Source: an uncultured Chloroflexia bacterium
Lineage (GTDB): Bacteria > Chloroflexota > Anaerolineae > Anaerolineales > UBA4823
Reading direction: 5' to 3'
Length of the DNA stretch: 64,000 nucleotides
Assembly (NCBI GenBank): GCA_963774935.1
Contig: CAVZGO010000003.1
Coordinates: forward strand, 389,262 to 453,261
The translations under genes and the position numbers were made by a program. The notes beneath the pieces are model-generated. The model ran no database searches and was not told the origin of the DNA. It saw nothing but the letters and a program-made list of their open reading frames with translations. The stretch's first letter is position 1. Every line of letters starts with the position of its first letter. Positions 37,999-47,800 of the stretch are shown here, piece after piece.

Positions 37999-39084
37999 TT
38001 ATACATTCGAAGCATCGACTAAAATTTTCCAATAATTACGTGCTTCGTCAAACTGACCTGCGCTTTCAGCTTTCTCTGCCCTGTAGGTTACTTCATCTAG
38101 TATGATTTTGTATATGACCTCTCGAGCCTGTTTGTCCCTGGGAGCGTTGATTAATTCCTGACGTAAGCGGGGGACTGCCTGGCCGGGTGAATTCAAGATC
38201 GCCCGGATGCGCTGCCGAACCTGGCGGATATCCACCCCATCAACGATCTCTGCTTCGACCGGAACAGCCTCACTCTGGGGAGCCTCGGTTTGGACAGGTT
38301 CCGGCTGAGCAGCCGTAGCTGCTGGTTCTTTGAGCTGGTCACCCACGATGCGACCATCCATCAGAAATATCGTCCGGGCTACCCGTTTTACAATATCCTG
38401 GTCATGGGTGACCATGATGATCGTCTTGCCTTGTTGCACCAGGTGTTCAAATAAATCAAAGATTGACTGGGCTGTTTTTGAATCCAGGTTCCCCGTCGGC
38501 TCATCAGCCACCAGCATCGGGGGATCATTAGCCAAGGCGCGTGCAATCGCCACCCTTTGCTGCTGCCCACCAGATAGAGCGGATGGCAATTTTGCGGCCT
38601 GGTCGCCAAGCTCCACCTGATCTAACAGATGATAGGCGCGCTCTTTTCTCTGGCGTAGTGGATATTTGTGGCAAAAATCCATTGGCAGCATGACGTTTTC
38701 GATTACGGTCAGCGTTGGCAGTAATTGAAAAAATTGGAATACCACACCAACATTGGTGCCGCGCCATTTTGCCATTTGGCCTTCAGACAACTTATGAATT
38801 GGTAAGCCACCGATGGTCACTTCGCCTGCAGTTGGACGATCAATGCCCGTGACCATATTCATCAAGGTTGATTTGCCGCTGCCCGATTTACCCACCACCG
38901 CCAGGAATTCCCCAGGATCGACGCGCAAATTGATGCCTTTTAAAGCCGTATAGCGACCTGCCGCGCCTTCATAGATCTTCACCACATTATGAAGATCCAC
39001 GAATGCCGGGCGGCGCGGCTTTGATCGACCATCCTGGGGCAGTTTCACTGTACGCATGGTCTGGGCAACTGGAATTTGTACCAT
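37999..39084 (-). CDS. ABC transporter ATP-binding protein (MacB/LolD/DevA-type) with a C-terminal extension of about 100 aa
   Basis: Walker [10 protein letters not shown], signature [15 protein letters not shown], Walker [13 protein letters not shown], then an Ala/Pro/Glu linker and a helical tail. Confidence 0.85.
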   Translation of the reverse strand: MVQIPVAQTMRTVKLPQDGRSKPRRPAFVDLHNVVKIYEGAAGRYTALKGINLRVDPGEFLAVVGKSGSGKSTLMNMVTGIDRPTAGEVTIGGLPIHKLSEGQMAKWRGTNVGVVFQFFQLLPTLTVIENVMLPMDFCHKYPLRQRKERAYHLLDQVELGDQAAKLPSALSGGQQQRVAIARALANDPPMLVADEPTGNLDSKTAQSIFDLFEHLVQQGKTIIMVTHDQDIVKRVARTIFLMDGRIVGDQLKEPAATAAQPEPVQTEAPQSEAVPVEAEIVDGVDIRQVRQRIRAILNSPGQAVPRLRQELINAPRDKQAREVIYKIILDEVTYRAEKAESAGQFDEARNYWKILVDASNV

Positions 39085-39240
39085 TTTTACTTTACGATCT
39101 CTCTACATTAATTACAAAATAACTACCTGGTTGCTATTATATGTTGCAATTTACCATAACCAGCGTTTAAATTCAGTAAAAAACTCAATTTCTTCAATGA
39201 ATCTTTACAAAATTCAACGAACCTGACCGGATACAGCCTG

Positions 39241-39290
39241 GAAATCAAAACAAATGAGTGGGCAGCGGTTGTACCGCTGCCCACTCATTT
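39241..39290 (-). terminator. Rho-independent terminator after the sigma/anti-sigma operon
   Basis: Perfect 17-bp stem AAATGAGTGGGCAGCGG / CCGCTGCCCACTCATTT with a 5-nt loop, followed on the minus strand by GTTTTGATTTC. Confidence 0.75.
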
Positions 39291-39311
39291 TACACGCTGG
39301 CGATGCTTGAC

Positions 39312-40487
39312 TTATGGCCGTGTGGTTGGAGGGCTCGGCGTGGTTATGATTGGCCGTGGGCGCTGGTTCGGGCGCGGGGTTTGAGTAATTTGCGGCAGCC
39401 GCGTGGCGATATCTACCAGTGTCGGGTAAATGGTCGGCCAGAGGGTTTGTAAGCGTGGGAGCTCAGGAGTGATAGTAAATATCATGCTCGGATCACCAAT
39501 AAATGTCGCGATCAGTGTTGGCAACTGCCCGATGTTTGAGTACACCGTAGGTGTACCGCGATAATCCGGCGGAGTAGCTTCCGTAGACGATGGCGGTGTG
39601 TAGGTGTACATCGGGTAAGCCGTCATGGTCTCTGAAATCCAGCCAGGCAGGGTTGGATTCAGAACCGGATAATTGGGCAGGCTCGCCAATACATCACGAA
39701 CGACCTGGCGCGCTTCCCGCGAAACCTGCAAGGCTTCGTCGATGATCTCGCGCAGATCGATCGGAACTTCTCCAGATAAGGCAGACAATCGATCCTCATT
39801 GACACCAAGAGTCTGCTCGATTTCCTGAACAAAAGCCACCTCAGCCCGTTGGAAGGTCTGTGGATCCTGTCCAGCAAATTCACTCAACGCGGCAACATGG
39901 ACTTTGTAGTTATCTAAAGCAACAGGAATCTCACCATCCAGATTGAGCGCAGTCAGCGTTTCGACTTCATAGATGCGGTTATTTGCAGCCGCAAGATGAA
40001 CCTGACCTGCACCTAAGCTAGAGCTGAAAATACTCAGCCGTACATTTTCAGCGAATAACTTAGCCGGGTACAACGTTTCTCCTGGCAACGCCTGAGCAGA
40101 AACTGTAAATACTCCTCCAGCCAAAATGACAACGATCAGAAGCGTGACGATCACTGGAATGAGTGCACGACTCGAGAATATGTTAAGCCAGCTCGGATTT
40201 TTGGAAGCTGCCCCAGGCTGAGACGACCGGTGCTGGGTTTGCACTCGTCGTGATTTCGAAGTATCGTAACCCGCAAGGAATTTCATTAAACGAGCCTTGC
40301 TGGCATGTCGAAATTCCTTCGGCGCGCCGATTTTTTCTACCGATTGCAAGCGCATCGCCAAATTAAGCAGGGGTTCCAATTCTTCACGCTGCTCTGGATA
40401 CTGGTCCAGGCATTCCTCCAGAGTTGCTTTTCCGGATTGGATATCTCTCAAACATTGATCAAGAAGATTCTCATTAGATATATTCAT
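39312..40487 (-). CDS. Putative anti-sigma factor (single TM, extracytoplasmic domain, Pro-rich tail)
   Basis: It starts 15 nt after the ECF sigma gene. The N-terminal LEECLDQYPEQREELEPLL helix pattern is seen in DUF5667-type anti-sigma proteins. The TM is LIPVIVTLLIVVILAGGVF. Confidence 0.55.
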   Translation of the reverse strand: MNISNENLLDQCLRDIQSGKATLEECLDQYPEQREELEPLLNLAMRLQSVEKIGAPKEFRHASKARLMKFLAGYDTSKSRRVQTQHRSSQPGAASKNPSWLNIFSSRALIPVIVTLLIVVILAGGVFTVSAQALPGETLYPAKLFAENVRLSIFSSSLGAGQVHLAAANNRIYEVETLTALNLDGEIPVALDNYKVHVAALSEFAGQDPQTFQRAEVAFVQEIEQTLGVNEDRLSALSGEVPIDLREIIDEALQVSREARQVVRDVLASLPNYPVLNPTLPGWISETMTAYPMYTYTPPSSTEATPPDYRGTPTVYSNIGQLPTLIATFIGDPSMIFTITPELPRLQTLWPTIYPTLVDIATRLPQITQTPRPNQRPRPIITTPSPPTTRP

Positions 40488-40502
40488 TATTATTGCTTTC
40501 CT

Positions 40503-41057
40503 TTATTCGCTGCTCAGCAGGTTATTCAAGGCTGCTAAAGCGCGATGCTGGATCATTCGACAGCTACCTTCATTTTTTCCAAGAATGTGCGCGATCTCGG
40601 CGTGGCTCAGATCTTCTACAAAGCGGAGGACAATCACCTGTTGCTGTTCAGAGGACAAAGACAATATTGCATGCGTAAGTTTTGCCATATCCTCATTCCG
40701 GATTACCTCACTCAGTGCAGTCGCAGGAGACTTCTCGCGTAGCTCCACATAAACTTCCTGGATCGATTCGCTTTGCGTCCGCTGCCGCCGGTGGTGGTCG
40801 ATGACCACATTATGGGCTATCCGGTACAGCCAGCTTTTAAACGGATGGCCAAAATCTCGATATCCTGGCAGAGCTTCCCATGCCTTGATGAACACATGCT
40901 CGGTGAGGTCTTCAGCATCCTGCTGGTGCCCGGTGCGGTAGTAGATATACCGGTATATGGCATCCAGGTTTTGGGAGTAAAGCTCGCCAAAAGCATCTGT
41001 ATCGCCGGCTACAGCTCGATCCACAAGACTGCGCTCATCTTGATTCGGTGGCACCAT
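40503..41057 (-). CDS. ECF-type RNA polymerase sigma-70 family factor
   Basis: 184 aa with region 2 (DAEDLTEHVFIKAW, YRIAHNVVIDHHR) and region 4 (LSSEQQQVIVLRFVEDLSHAEIAHILG). Confidence 0.85.
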   Translation of the reverse strand: MVPPNQDERSLVDRAVAGDTDAFGELYSQNLDAIYRYIYYRTGHQQDAEDLTEHVFIKAWEALPGYRDFGHPFKSWLYRIAHNVVIDHHRRQRTQSESIQEVYVELREKSPATALSEVIRNEDMAKLTHAILSLSSEQQQVIVLRFVEDLSHAEIAHILGKNEGSCRMIQHRALAALNNLLSSE

Positions 41058-41290
41058 CTGGCTGGTATTCTCCTGGTTCGATCAGTCTGATTCCCTCAAC
41101 CAAACCGGGTAAATTATACCGCCATTCAATGCCATTAAATTGCAGTTGCATTCGTTTTTGCAACTCTCTTTGGGATGACCTGGCGATTGGAGCGATTTCA
41201 TGCTTCACCGCCAGGCCATCCCTGGCATTGAGCCAACAAGTCACTATTCTTAAGGTGCGATTTTACTGATCTACCGTGTGTAGCCGCCGA

Positions 41291-42274
41291 TTACTTGAAG
41301 CGGATCATCGGTAGTTGAACCTTGTAAGGTTGCGCAGTGATGGAAGAAATCACACCGATTGGATTCATACCAATCGCTGAGAAGACTGGCTCACTGGTGA
41401 AGGCAGATAGACCTTCAGATTTTACGATGCCTGCGGCTGCCGGTCCACCGACAGGTGTCAGGCTGAGGTGATAGGTTGTCGCTGCCTTGGCATGTACCAG
41501 GATGATATACGCGCCCGTCTCAGGAGCAGTGAAGCCGATCGCTTCGGTTGCCGTCCCAGGATTGACGCTTTGCTGGTCGGGCTCATCAAAGTTATTGGGG
41601 TACCAGACGTATAAATCTGCATCACCCGATGTGATGGTCAGCGTCGCATTGACTGCCTGCCCAGCCTGGTAGTTCACCAGGTAAGGGACCAGGGCAACGC
41701 CGCTGGTGCTGGCTTGATCCTTGGTCAGGCTGGCGAAGTCGATCGCGTTAGCTGAAAGCATGGATCGGTTGTACTCGGCATCGGCAACAACGACTGCGAC
41801 GAAGTGAACGCCGTCAGCCGAGGCAAGGGTCCAGGGGTATTCTGCCTGGAATGGCACCCATCCAGTCGAGCGACCCTGGCTGTAGACATCCTGCCCGGAG
41901 ACACGCTTGACCGACCATTCCCGCACCCACATCCATGCAACTGCACCGCTGTTGTCGCTGGCCTGGATATGGAGGGTGACATTCGGATTCGTCAGGACAT
42001 CCGCATCGCCGATTTTCACGCTGTCAACTACCGGGCGAACATGATCATCGCCTACCGGTGTCTGAACCAGGTAAATGGTATCCTTCACCGTAAAAATTCC
42101 GGGTTCAGCGGTTGGGTCGCGTGGATCACTGAAGGTTACAAGCGCCTGGTTGGTGACTGCTACCCGTGTGGAAAGATCCACACCCTGGGCAATCTTGACA
42201 TTGAAGGTCAGGTCTACCTCTTCCTGAGGGTTCACAGTCAGATTCCACGTTAAGGTCTTAACGCAGGATCCCAC
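41291..42274 (-). CDS. Secreted DUF11 repeat protein, C-terminal fragment with pre-peptidase C-terminal (PPC)-like domain (frame-broken)
   Basis: KTLTWNLTVNPQEEVDLTFNVKI completes a DUF11 repeat begun in 42250-42975. The C-terminal ATLTITSGDADLYVWYP is PPC-like. Confidence 0.6.
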   Translation of the reverse strand: MGSCVKTLTWNLTVNPQEEVDLTFNVKIAQGVDLSTRVAVTNQALVTFSDPRDPTAEPGIFTVKDTIYLVQTPVGDDHVRPVVDSVKIGDADVLTNPNVTLHIQASDNSGAVAWMWVREWSVKRVSGQDVYSQGRSTGWVPFQAEYPWTLASADGVHFVAVVVADAEYNRSMLSANAIDFASLTKDQASTSGVALVPYLVNYQAGQAVNATLTITSGDADLYVWYPNNFDEPDQQSVNPGTATEAIGFTAPETGAYIILVHAKAATTYHLSLTPVGGPAAAGIVKSEGLSAFTSEPVFSAIGMNPIGVISSITAQPYKVQLPMIRFK

Positions 42275-42975
42275 ACGCCAGCGTGGCTCTGCGATCCGAC
42301 CTGGAACTCGAGCTGCGCCGGAATGGCATCGACCACTTCCACGACCTTGCTGGTGACATCACTGTTGATCACCTGGATGGTATACGTCAGGGTCTCACCA
42401 GGAGCCAGGAAGCGCTGTGAAGCACTTTTATAAGCGTTCAATGGCTGAGGAGTCGGCAGCAGGTTGACGACAGCAACAGGATAGTTGAATAAACCACCAC
42501 CGGTCTCTACACCAACGATAGAAACGGTCGCTGCGTTCACGGTGAGCGTCTCCTGGGTAACCACTACTGCCGGTTTGGCAGTGAAAACCAGGTCCGCCAC
42601 AGTGTGCGCCGGGACAAGGAACGGAGTCCACTCCACAGTATTATTGTTGGCGTGATAGATGCAGGGCTGGAAAGAAATCGCCGCGCAGGCAACAAAGGTC
42701 ATTTCTGACGGAAGAATATCCACCACATTGGCAGTTGCCGCTTCGTCGCTGTTGTTTTCCAGATGGATCGTGTAATTTACGGTTTCTGTTGGGAAAATTG
42801 CCGACTTATCCGCTGTCTTAAGTGAGACGAATGGGACCGCGGTCTCGGATTGGGCAGCCGCCGGGCTCTGTGCTGAAAAGGCGCTTGAGAACAAGACTGC
42901 CAGCACCAGGGCTGCAGATATGAAGAAAAGTGTTAGCCGGTTACTTGAATGCATTGGTCCTCCTATTTTCACCAA
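42250..42975 (-). CDS. Secreted DUF11 (conserved repeat domain) protein, N-terminal fragment with signal peptide
   Basis: Signal peptide LTLFFISAALVLAVLFSSAFSAQ. DUF11 patterns are TVNYTIHLENNSDEAATANVVDILPSEMTFV and LTYTIQVINSDVTSKVVEVVDAIPAQLEF. Confidence 0.65.
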   Translation of the reverse strand: MVKIGGPMHSSNRLTLFFISAALVLAVLFSSAFSAQSPAAAQSETAVPFVSLKTADKSAIFPTETVNYTIHLENNSDEAATANVVDILPSEMTFVACAAISFQPCIYHANNNTVEWTPFLVPAHTVADLVFTAKPAVVVTQETLTVNAATVSIVGVETGGGLFNYPVAVVNLLPTPQPLNAYKSASQRFLAPGETLTYTIQVINSDVTSKVVEVVDAIPAQLEFQVGSQSHAGVWDPALRP

Positions 42976-43138
42976 GAATCATCATTTGCCTTAAAGCTAA
43001 GGCTTCCAACAAATATAACGAAATTAGTATAGTTTCGTCACTATTAATTTTTATTAGATTTTTATGTCGTTGGAAATAATAACCGATAGGTGGAACCGGG
43101 CAGCTCCACCGAAAGCATCACCGGTCAGATTTACGCAC

Positions 43139-43885
43139 TCATAGATAGGGCAATAACTCGCGAGCGATTACCTGAATTAACAACATTCGTGAATTTGTTA
43201 GATAAAAGTGGTCTCCCGGAAACATGCGCACGCTTGTCGGAATGGTCGTCTGTTCCTGCCAGGCTTGAAGGCTCTGGCGAGTCACATAATGATCGGACAG
43301 GCCACCAAGGGCACATATCGGAAAATCGAATGGCGGCTCTGGTTGATAGACATAGGTCTCACAAATGGTAAAATCGGCTCTCAAAATCGGGACTACCAGG
43401 TCGCGCAGCTCATCGTTTTGGAGCACATCTTCCGGCGTGCCGTTGAGTGTTCGCAGTCTCTCAACAAACTGATCATGTGGCAGGGTATGAATCGGCTCAT
43501 CGGTATCAGGCAATTGCGGCGCGGTATGCCCCGAGACAAACATGTAGAGAGGTGATGCTCCATTATTCCTACGCAGCCAGCGCGCCAGCTCAAAACTGAC
43601 CAGTGCACCCATACTGTGACCAAAAAAAGCAAACGGTTTGTCGAAATACGGGTTAAGAGCATTCCCGGCCTCTTGTATTAACTTTGGAAGGTCCAGCATC
43701 AATGGCTCAGCGATTCGAGTCCCATGGCCGGGGTACTGCACGGGGCACACCTCGATGGAATCGGGTAGTAGATTAGCCCATTGATAATACATCGACGCAG
43801 GAGCACCAGAATATGGGAAGCAAAATAATCGTAATTTTGCATTCGGATTTGCTTTTGGAATGGTTAGCCAGGAGCTGCTTTTCAT
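43139..43885 (-). CDS. Type II thioesterase (alpha/beta hydrolase)
   Basis: LFCFPYSGA, GHSMGA nucleophile elbow and a C-terminal GDHFY motif. The start overlaps the NRPS stop (ATGA). Confidence 0.9.
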   Translation of the reverse strand: MKSSSWLTIPKANPNAKLRLFCFPYSGAPASMYYQWANLLPDSIEVCPVQYPGHGTRIAEPLMLDLPKLIQEAGNALNPYFDKPFAFFGHSMGALVSFELARWLRRNNGASPLYMFVSGHTAPQLPDTDEPIHTLPHDQFVERLRTLNGTPEDVLQNDELRDLVVPILRADFTICETYVYQPEPPFDFPICALGGLSDHYVTRQSLQAWQEQTTIPTSVRMFPGDHFYLTNSRMLLIQVIARELLPYL

Positions 43886-44490
43886 CGCATCTCCTCCAAC
43901 AGCGCACGCACATGATCCATGTAAATCCCAGCCCAGCGCTCGATGGTTGTGCGGTCATGCAAACCGCGGCTGTATAACAGGCGCAGGCTCAACTGACCTC
44001 CGTTCACAATTGCGACCACATAAAGCTTGCTGCTCCGGCGGCTATCAGGGTTTTGTTCCGCACCCGAGAATTCTGGTGCCAGTTCCAACGCAGTCTCTTG
44101 CGCCCCATCTGCACTGTTTCGCTGATTTTCCATCACCTGACCATCCGGGGTAGACACCTCCGGAATGCCAGGTATCTCTACGCCAGTTTGGTCGAACTGT
44201 CCAAGATAGTTAAAATTGATATCCGGTTGGGGTATATTCGATAGGGTTTGCCTTACATATTGATCTTCACAAAGGTATCGCAGCAGCCCATAACCAATTC
44301 CGCGATTAGGCACCTGGTGAACTTGCCGCGAAATTTCATGCAGCAATTGTGCATTCCCCTTTGCAGACTGGAGCTCAAAATACACCGGAAAGATGCTGGT
44401 AAACCAGCCCAGAGATCGAGACAGGTCAGCCCCTTCCAATGCTGTACCTGGTATTTCCTCCCTGCCATGTCCTTCCAATTCAACCAACAA
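43882..44490 (-). CDS. NRPS gene C, fragment 4: C-terminal half of the epimerisation domain
   Basis: E-domain core motifs EGHGRE, LGWFTSIFPV, GIGYGLLRYL and FNYLGQFD. Confidence 0.85.
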   Translation of the reverse strand: MLVELEGHGREEIPGTALEGADLSRSLGWFTSIFPVYFELQSAKGNAQLLHEISRQVHQVPNRGIGYGLLRYLCEDQYVRQTLSNIPQPDINFNYLGQFDQTGVEIPGIPEVSTPDGQVMENQRNSADGAQETALELAPEFSGAEQNPDSRRSSKLYVVAIVNGGQLSLRLLYSRGLHDRTTIERWAGIYMDHVRALLEEMR

Positions 44491-44816
44491 GCCTGTTTGG
44501 TCGCCTGGGATCCAGCGAATGTTTGCACCAACGCCAGCAACAACGCGTCATATACCCGGCAGTTATAAAAACCCGGCAGACGGTGCAGCAGCAAAGCCGT
44601 CTCTTCAGCAGTCAGGGATACGGTAACATCATCCGTATTCCCGTATACGTTTAAGCCGTCTGGATGATCAAGCGGTAAAGCTGTTATGTTTCGACCAGAT
44701 ATCCCAGCCCAGTAATCCAATTCGTCGTGAATTTCAGATGAATTGGCATAGTTCCTGCAGCCGGTTTGCCCAGGCTTGATAAGAAATGGTTTTAGGAGGT
44801 AGTTTGACTTCTCCAC
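44253..44816 (-). CDS. NRPS gene C, fragment 3: middle of the epimerisation domain (true coding about 44492-44750)
   Basis: YANSSEIHDELDYW...LPLD...TAEETALLL...YDALLLALVQTF matches the E-domain region between E2 and E4. Both ends of the ORF are out of frame. Confidence 0.75.
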   Translation of the reverse strand: MEKSNYLLKPFLIKPGQTGCRNYANSSEIHDELDYWAGISGRNITALPLDHPDGLNVYGNTDDVTVSLTAEETALLLHRLPGFYNCRVYDALLLALVQTFAGSQATKQACWLNWKDMAGRKYQVQHWKGLTCLDLWAGLPASFRCILSSSLQRGMHNCCMKFRGKFTRCLIAELVMGCCDTFVKINM

Positions 44817-47800
44817 CTGCCATCAGGTACAGGTAGGTGGTCTGGAAATCTTCCATGAAGATGCGCATGGACACCCCATCCGTGACCAGATGATGGAATA
44901 CAAACAGCAGCCGCCCAGGAGCTTGCTCACCCAGCTTGAAATACACCACTCTAATCAAAGGTGGTTGATCAAGCTGCAGCTCTGCCTGGATCGCCGCCGC
45001 CTGGGCTTCAAGAACTGCCGGTTGATCAGCTGCGGGTATGCCAGATAAATCGATTACCCGGAAAGGCACTGGACATGCCGCCTCAACCGATTGCTGCCAC
45101 TCGCCATCCACCAGCTCGAACTTTGCTCGCAGCTGGTCATGATGGGATAGCAAATGATCCAGAGTTTTTTGAATAATTTCGAGATTTATTCCAGACCAGA
45201 CCTTCAGAAAGATCGAGGTATTGAAATGCGCCGGTGCATCTGCATGGTGTTCGAAGAACCAGCGCTGCACCGGTGTAAGATTGACCTGACCACTGACCAT
45301 CTCCTGCTGCGCAAAGCCTGCCTCAGCCTTCTGTAGCGCTGTCATCAGGTCCTTGAGTACCGGGTGCTCAAATAATAAGCGATAGCTGATCTGAAAACCA
45401 GCCTGTTTTGCACGTGAGACGAGCTGGATGCTCAAGATTGAGTCGCCACCCAGCTCAAAGAACTGATCTCCCAGACCCACCCGCTCGACGCCCAGCAGCT
45501 GTGCCCACAGGCCAGCCATCGACTGCTCCTCAGGCGTCTGCGGGGGCTCGAACGGCTTCTCGATTGCCATTCGGGCTTGCTCTGGCACTGCCATTGCCAG
45601 TAAAACCGCACGGTCAATTTTGCCATTGGTTGTCAATGGAAAAGATTCCATCAAAATGAACGATGCTGGAACCATATAATCGGGCAGCTTCTCACTCACG
45701 TGTTTGCGCAATTCAAGGGCTTGCAAATTCTCGCTGCCTTTCTTCGCCACCAGATATGCCACCAGACGCTTATGACCACCATCCTCACGAGCAAGAACAA
45801 CTGCCTCGTGTACCCCGGGAAATTGGACGATTACACTTTCAATCTCGCCTAATTCCACACGAAAGCCGCGAATCTTCACCTGGTGGTCGATGCGCCCCAG
45901 GTATTCGATATCTCCATCTGGCAGGTAGCGCGCCAGATCGCCTGAACGATAAACACGCTGGTCAGACGACCGGCCAAACATTCCCGGAACAAAGCGCTGG
46001 TCGGTCAGCTCTTGCCGGTTGAGATAGCCCCTTGCCACACCCGCCCCACCAACAAAGAGCTCACCGGGTACGCCAATGGGTACAGGCTGGAAAGACTGAT
46101 CCAGGATGTACACCTGCAAATCGGGGATTGCCTCACCAATCACGCTGCCAGGAGCTGTATCCAAATCCCGCACGTAAATAGGGCGATAAGTGACATGGAC
46201 GGTTGTTTCGGTAATTCCATACATATTTACAAGCTGTGGCTTCTGATCGCCATGGCGTTCAAACCATGGCTTTAAGCTCTGCAGCTCCAGGGCTTCACCG
46301 CCAAAGATGACATAGCGAAGTGCCAGGTCTGGACATACGCCAGAAGCCTCCTCCGCACGAATGAGCTGCCTGAAGGCAGAAGGCGTCTGGTTGAGCACCG
46401 TTACCCCTTCCTGGCAGAGGAGATCATAAAAAGCGTCTGTTGAACGACTGACCAGGTAGGGCACAACCACCAGACGACCGCCATAAAATAACGCACCCCA
46501 TATCTCCCAAACAGAGAAGTCGAAGGCATAAGAGTGGAACAATGTCCAGACGTCAGCAGGTCCAAAGTGGTACCAGTCATCTGTGGCGTAAAACAACCTG
46601 ACCACGTTCGCATGCGTGATCATGCAGCCCTTCGGTTTCCCGGTGGAACCAGACGTATAAATGACATACGCCAAGTTTTCAGGCTTCACTCCGCTGTCGA
46701 GATTGCCAGGATCGATTTCTCCGCCGGTTTCCTGTACTATCTTCTCCCAATCCGTGTCCATGCAAACCAATTGAGCGCTGGTTTGCACCAGATTTGCTAA
46801 CATGCTCGCTTGGGTAATGAGCACAGACGGTTGTTCAGACCCACCAAAGGATTGCTGTGCGCGTGAGTAATCTTCAACGATAAAGGCCAGCCGGCTTGCC
46901 GGATAGGCGGGGTCAAGTGGAACATACGCGCCACCTGATTTTAAGATGCCCAGGATGGCTACCACCACGTCTAAATTCCTCTCAAGGTAGATACCCACCA
47001 GCGATTCGGGACCAACCCCAAGTGATTTCAGATAATGTGCCAGGTGATTAGCGCGTTGGTTTAGCTCAAGATAGGTGAGGCTGACAGCTTCGAATGTGGC
47101 TGCGATTGATTGAGGTGTTTTTAGAACTTGCTCCTCCACCCACTGATGAATGCAACGATCGGATCTATAGGTTGAATGGGGAATATTCCATTCTTCGAGA
47201 AGTTGCCGCTGCTCAGTCGCGGTCAGCATGGGAATCTCCACCAGGCGGCGCGAGACATAGGATGGCATTGCCTCTAATAAAGTACTCAGGTGGCTCATCA
47301 TTCGTTGGATCGTAGCTGGATCAAACAACTGTGCGTCGTAGGAAATTTTGATGAGCATCTCCTCGCCGGGTACAGCTACCACCGTCAATGGGAAATTGGT
47401 ATACGATACAGAGGATCCACCCTCGATATTGACGCTGCTTTTCCCGCCAGTCTGTAACGCGCCGGCGGGGATATTCTCGAAAACCAGCAAACTGTCGAAA
47501 AGCGGTGTACCGCGTGGTACCTGGCTCCACCCCTGGATTTGCACGAGCGGGGTATATTCATAATGCCGGATCTCCACCTGCTCATTCTGAAGCTGCCTTA
47601 ACCACTCGCCTAGCGGTGCTTCGCGGTCAACTTGTACACGGAACGGTAACGTGTTAATGAATAAGCCAATCATATTCTCTGAGCCAGCCAAATCCACTGG
47701 TCGACCAGATACGGTGACACCAAAAACGACATCTTCTTCCCCGCTGTAACGGCTTAGCAAGATAGACCAGGCACCCTGCACCAGGGTATTAAGGGTAATC

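Noticed and set aside
41058-41290. Autoregulatory ECF-type promoter (GGAAC-N16-CGT) upstream of the sigma factor gene, and a GAAAC...CGTTA pair upstream of the DUF11 gene (about 43020-43050)
   Set aside because: The spacing between candidate -35 and -10 elements is wrong (about 11 nt in the DUF11 case), and no clear AAC/CGT pair lies upstream of the sigma gene. The support is not enough to annotate.
43882-45300. Terminal condensation (CT) domain for macrocyclising release at the end of NRPS gene C
   Set aside because: The motifs are those of an epimerisation domain (PVQRWF, HHLVTDGVS, EGHGRE, GWFTS, FNYLGQ), not a C or CT domain.
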